NCBI GenBank assembly: GCA_965219445.1
Contig: CBDCNQ010000002.1
Coordinates: 608,001 to 672,000, forward strand
DNA: 64,000 nucleotides
From: Longimicrobiales bacterium
Lineage (GTDB): Bacteria; Gemmatimonadota; Gemmatimonadetes; Longimicrobiales; Gaopeijiaceae
Direction of reading: 5' to 3'
Shown here: in pieces, positions 60,190 to 64,000 of the stretch
How the letters are laid out: every line of letters starts with the position of its first letter
Numbering within the stretch: position 1 is the first letter of the stretch
The notes under the pieces: generated by a model
What the model saw: the letters and a program-made list of their open reading frames with translations, nothing else
Told to the model about the DNA's origin: nothing
Database searches by the model: none
Position numbers and translations under genes: made by a program

Positions 60190-60377
60190 CCAAGGGCCTA
60201 ACGCCGACCCCCCTCGGTGACGATCCTGCGCTAATGGGGCGCTTCCTGGTCCGCCGCTCGGTATGAGCCCGAGTGGGAGCATGATTCCGGCTTTGGCTCT
60301 GTCGGCGAGCTCCTCCGGGTCTCCGGATAGGTAGGGAACACGAGACGGAGTGAAGGCGTTCTATGTTCCTGACTCCT

Positions 60378-60429
60378 GCCTTTCTTCGGAGGTGCCCAAT
60401 GAAGCCTTTCTTCGGAGGTGCCCCATGAA
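60378..60429 (+). repeat. 26-bp tandem duplication of RBS plus start codon
   Basis: GCCTTTCTTCGGAGGTGCCC(A/C)ATGAA occurs twice. Confidence 0.85.
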
Positions 60430-61342
60430 GCGTACCATTTTTCTCGCCTTTCTCTCCGTATTGTTCGTTGCTGGGTGCTCAACAGGAGACTCACCGGGGA
60501 GACAAGGGTCGCTTGTTATGTGCGGCGACCCTTCACCGATGAGCCGGATCGAAACGCCTGAGCTTCCGACTCCCATGCCGCCGACAGAGCTGTCCGAAAC
60601 AGACCGCGTCGGCTACCCCGAGGGGTACCGGGAGACCTTCGAGCAGTTCTACGTGTTCGATCGTATGGACGTTGGAAGGGTTGCCTTCGTCTGCGCAAAC
60701 GATGTTGCGGCCGGTATCGGGCCGGGAGAGCCCTTTCCGTACGGAAGCATCTTGGTCATCGAGGGCTGGCGACCCGTGAGGGACGAAGACGGCAACCTGG
60801 TCTCGGACTCGAGTGGTCATCTCATACGCTCGGAACTTACTGGTGTCTCACTGATGAGGAAGGAGCCGGGCTTCGGGGAAAGCTACGGAGACAAGCGTTC
60901 GGGGGAGTGGGAGTATGTCGGCTACCGGCCCGACGGAACCTATTCCACACCTCCAGAAGAGACCGCACGCTGTGCTTCCTGCCACGGGGCTGGTGCAAGG
61001 CAGGACAGGGACTTCGTATTTCGCACGAACGTCCACTTTCTGCCCGACCGGTATGCTCACTCGGATCCAGTGCCTGAGGCCGCAATCGGTATTTCCCGGA
61101 TGAGCTTCCAACCTCGCACTTATCAGGTACGGCCTGGCACCACGGTGCTTTGGCAGAACAGCATGATCGACGAGACCGCGCACGCGATAAGCGCTGGCGA
61201 CGGATCCTTCAATTCAGGGCTGCTGTCGCCCGGACAGACGTTCAGTCGCACTTTTGAAACGCCGGGTCGATACGAGTACATCTGCCCGCTTCATCCCGAA
61301 CAGATGCGTGGAACTATCGAAGTGACGAATGAAGCTGGTTGA
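60425..61342 (+). CDS. Cytochrome P460/c'-beta family lipoprotein fused to a cupredoxin domain
   Basis: Lipobox VAGC, PEGYR, FPYGSILVIE, MRK, GEWEY, CASCH, DFVF; then H...F.SG.L.PG..F...YICPLHPEQM. Confidence 0.8.
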   Translation: MKRTIFLAFLSVLFVAGCSTGDSPGRQGSLVMCGDPSPMSRIETPELPTPMPPTELSETDRVGYPEGYRETFEQFYVFDRMDVGRVAFVCANDVAAGIGPGEPFPYGSILVIEGWRPVRDEDGNLVSDSSGHLIRSELTGVSLMRKEPGFGESYGDKRSGEWEYVGYRPDGTYSTPPEETARCASCHGAGARQDRDFVFRTNVHFLPDRYAHSDPVPEAAIGISRMSFQPRTYQVRPGTTVLWQNSMIDETAHAISAGDGSFNSGLLSPGQTFSRTFETPGRYEYICPLHPEQMRGTIEVTNEAG

Positions 61343-61419
61343 CCGCGGCCCTGCGTGTATATGCGAAACGGTGTGTGAAGTTCTCCCCAAACGAAGTATT
61401 ACTGCCGAGGGGGCTCAAG

Positions 61420-62964
61420 ATGAACGTGAAGAAAGCGAATAGCGATACTGACAACCGCCACCTGACGCGGCGGGACTTACTGCAGAATGCGAGCTTGGCC
61501 ATCGCGGCTGCGGCCATGGCACCCAAGTCGGCAGCCGCGGCAGCCTCTCGCGCGATGGGGAAGAAGGCGCGACCTCGGGTGCCCATGGCCGCGCAGATGC
61601 AGGACGTCAGCCCCATAATGGCTCGGCTCAGCGCCTATATGAGCGAGGCAAGGACCCGCCCGTTGCCTGGGCCGGTGCTGGAGAGGGCGGAGCATCATAC
61701 CCTAGACACCATAGCCGCAATGATTTCGGGTTCCGAACTCCCTCCCGGCCGTGCGGCCATCCAATTCGCGAGTGGCTACGGTGGAGCGCAAGGGGCCACC
61801 GTGTCGGCCTCGACCGTTCTGGCTGGTCCCATGGAGGCTGCGCTAGTCAACGGGGTGATGGCCCATGCGGACGAGACCGACGACTCTTGGCCGTCGGGAT
61901 GGCATCCCGGCTGTGCGGTCGTGCCTGCCGCGCTGGCCGCCGGGGAACGATTCGGTATCAGCGGGACGCACTTCCTGCGCGCGGTGGCGCTCGGCTACGA
62001 CGTTGGCTCAAGGGTGTTAATAACGTTGCGGTCCGCAGGTCCACAAACGTACAAGAGCACCCATAGCATTGCCGGAGTCTGGGGCGCTGCGGCAGCCGCT
62101 GGCTGCGCGGCCAGCCTATCGCCACAGCAGATGCGCTGGCTATGCGATTACACGGCCCAACAGGCTTCGGGTATCCGCGCCTGGTCGAGAGATGTCGACC
62201 ACATGGAGAAGGGATTCGCCCTTGGTGGCATGTCGGCGCGCAGCGGGGTCACCTCCGCACTGCTGGTTCAGGCCGGCTGGACTGGCATCGACGACATCTT
62301 TTCGGGAGAGAATAACTACATCCTCGCCAATGCACGGGAAGCCGATCCGGAAAACCTACCGACGGAACTGCTAATTGATGAGCTGGGCGAACGCTACGAG
62401 ATAGCGCGCACGAACATCAAGAAATGGAGTGTAGGATCGCCCCTTCAGGCACCGCTCGATGCGATGGAGATCATTCTGGGGCGGCACCGGTTACAAGCCA
62501 ACGACGTGACGGAAGTCATCTATCGCGGGAATCCGGAGGCGTTCACCTATTGGGCTCAGATGCCCGACATCAATCTGCGCTACATGATCGCCGTAATGCT
62601 GATCGACGGAACCCTCACCTTCGAGTCGTCGCATGACGGATCGCGCATGGAGGACCCGGACATCCTTCGTCAGTACGCGAAGGTGAGATTTGTCCCCGGC
62701 GTCGGCCCAGCCCAGGGCGGTGAGCAGCCGATCATCCAGGTCATTCTCGCGGATGGCACGCGCTTCGCCGAGGATTTCATCGCTGAAAACACTCTCGGCA
62801 GGATCGACAATCCGATGACCCGCGACCAGGTGGCGGCGAAGGCCCAAGGCTTGATGGCTCCCGTGCTTGGTACAGCGGCCTCCAGAAGCCTGATCGATGC
62901 CATGTTCGGGCTGGAAAACGTGGACGACATCCGATCGCTTCGACCCTTGCTGCAAAGGGCGTGA
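61420..62964 (+). CDS. MmgE/PrpD family protein with Tat signal
   Basis: LTRRDLL, AALVNGVMAHADETDD, HPG, ALGYDV, G..A..GV..A, IKKW, G..DNPM. Confidence 0.88.
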   Translation: MNVKKANSDTDNRHLTRRDLLQNASLAIAAAAMAPKSAAAAASRAMGKKARPRVPMAAQMQDVSPIMARLSAYMSEARTRPLPGPVLERAEHHTLDTIAAMISGSELPPGRAAIQFASGYGGAQGATVSASTVLAGPMEAALVNGVMAHADETDDSWPSGWHPGCAVVPAALAAGERFGISGTHFLRAVALGYDVGSRVLITLRSAGPQTYKSTHSIAGVWGAAAAAGCAASLSPQQMRWLCDYTAQQASGIRAWSRDVDHMEKGFALGGMSARSGVTSALLVQAGWTGIDDIFSGENNYILANAREADPENLPTELLIDELGERYEIARTNIKKWSVGSPLQAPLDAMEIILGRHRLQANDVTEVIYRGNPEAFTYWAQMPDINLRYMIAVMLIDGTLTFESSHDGSRMEDPDILRQYAKVRFVPGVGPAQGGEQPIIQVILADGTRFAEDFIAENTLGRIDNPMTRDQVAAKAQGLMAPVLGTAASRSLIDAMFGLENVDDIRSLRPLLQRA

Positions 62965-63010
62965 GGAGCGCCGATCAACGCGAGGGAGGACTGAGGGATC
63001 AGCGGTTGCT

Positions 63011-64000
63011 TCAGAACCGATAAGTGTAGTTCAGCTTGACACTCGCTCCGCGAGAGAGAGTCAGGAACTCCCGGTTCTGGTTGAAGAGCCCGTCACCCAA
63101 GTTCTGCCAGTTCTGCGTGAAGACGAGGAAGAGATCGTTCCCGGGCGTTATGATCCAACGCGTCCGCATGAAGAGGCCCACTACCTCGGAGACGTCGTCG
63201 TATTGGATGTTGCCCGTGACGGATGCCAGCGGATTGATGTTCCACTCGCCGGCCACCCGAAGTAGGTTTGCATCGAACGATCCCTGGGGTAGGTCGACGT
63301 TGTTCTTCTCGATCTGGGCGGAGAGGAGAATCCCCGGTGACGGCCGGACGTCCAGAACACTCTCCAGCTGGGTCCGGTCTCCGCTCCAGAAGCCACCTAG
63401 ACGGACGGAGACCCTCCCGGAGACGACTCTGCGGCTCGCGGTTCGAACCGTAAACCTCCAATCCCAGTTTCTGTAGGTCTCCTCCTCGATGAAGATGCCG
63501 TCGCTGATCTCGAACTCGCTATCGAGGTAATCGAACTGGTGTTGGAGGTCGACTTCGAAGTTGTCCTGGCTCTCGAACTCGACCCCGAAGACCTTGAACT
63601 GCCACTGTCGTTCTTCGGCCACACCGGTGACGAGGTCCTCCCAGCGGTTTAACTGAGCGGCGAAGTGGAAGCGGCGAATCGCTCGATTCGGGTGGAGGCT
63701 CCAGTCGATATCGGGTCTCGGTCGCCACCTGATTAGCGAGTGAAACTGCCGCACCCCGTTCCGCTGGACGAAGCCCATGGCGGGGCTGTAGTCGTGGCCC
63801 AACTCACGGTAGAAGAGCCGCGAGGACCAGGGATCGTTGGGAAACCTCACGAAGACCCCACGCGCGCTCAGCGCCGAGGTGCTGCGCTTTACGCCTGGAT
63901 CAGGGTTGGAGTTCCTCACGAAGAACGTTTGCGCCCTGAGGTTCTTGTCTCCAAGAAACCGCGCCGTGTAGAAATTCAGATCCAACCCCGCCGTGTGCTG
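63011..64000 (-). CDS. DUF5916 outer-membrane protein, C-terminal part (continues beyond the window)
   Basis: YSPAMGFV.R.G, GGFWSGDR, NNVDLPQGSF, IQYD, RWIITPGNDLFLVF, KLNYTYRF. Confidence 0.8.
   Translation of the reverse strand, partial: QHTAGLDLNFYTARFLGDKNLRAQTFFVRNSNPDPGVKRSTSALSARGVFVRFPNDPWSSRLFYRELGHDYSPAMGFVQRNGVRQFHSLIRWRPRPDIDWSLHPNRAIRRFHFAAQLNRWEDLVTGVAEERQWQFKVFGVEFESQDNFEVDLQHQFDYLDSEFEISDGIFIEEETYRNWDWRFTVRTASRRVVSGRVSVRLGGFWSGDRTQLESVLDVRPSPGILLSAQIEKNNVDLPQGSFDANLLRVAGEWNINPLASVTGNIQYDDVSEVVGLFMRTRWIITPGNDLFLVFTQNWQNLGDGLFNQNREFLTLSRGASVKLNYTYRF

Overview
GC-rich bacterial window, most likely Gemmatimonadota (inferred from the MSDPVARL-type Ser/Thr kinase, the SusC/SusD pair and gene content). 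It has three zones. (1) 1-12.7 kb is a mobile, decayed region around tRNA-Arg(TCT) and tRNA-Ile2(CAT). It holds two IS110/IS1111 elements, an IS256, IS remnants and truncated genes. One IS110 element sits inside the left inverted repeat of the IS256, and its non-coding end carries readable bridge-RNA guides for that exact site. The other has its guide RNA inverted. (2) 12.9-33.3 kb is mostly housekeeping: rluB, scpAB, rpsT, pyrRBC, tadA, a non-cleavable LexA-like protein, frameshifted gltX and ispG. (3) 33.3-64 kb is a cluster of secreted/periplasmic enzymes. It contains SusCD, a PQQ dehydrogenase, four cytochrome c-fused PHM-like copper monooxygenases (three in a recent, mosaic tandem amplification), three CC-motif partner proteins, three PAL-like NHL propellers, an amidase, an amidohydrolase, a cytochrome c, a P460/c'-beta-cupredoxin fusion and a Tat-exported MmgE/PrpD protein. 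Together these look like a bacterial PAM-like (peptidylglycine hydroxylation/amidation) system. All calls come from reading motifs by eye; no searches were run.
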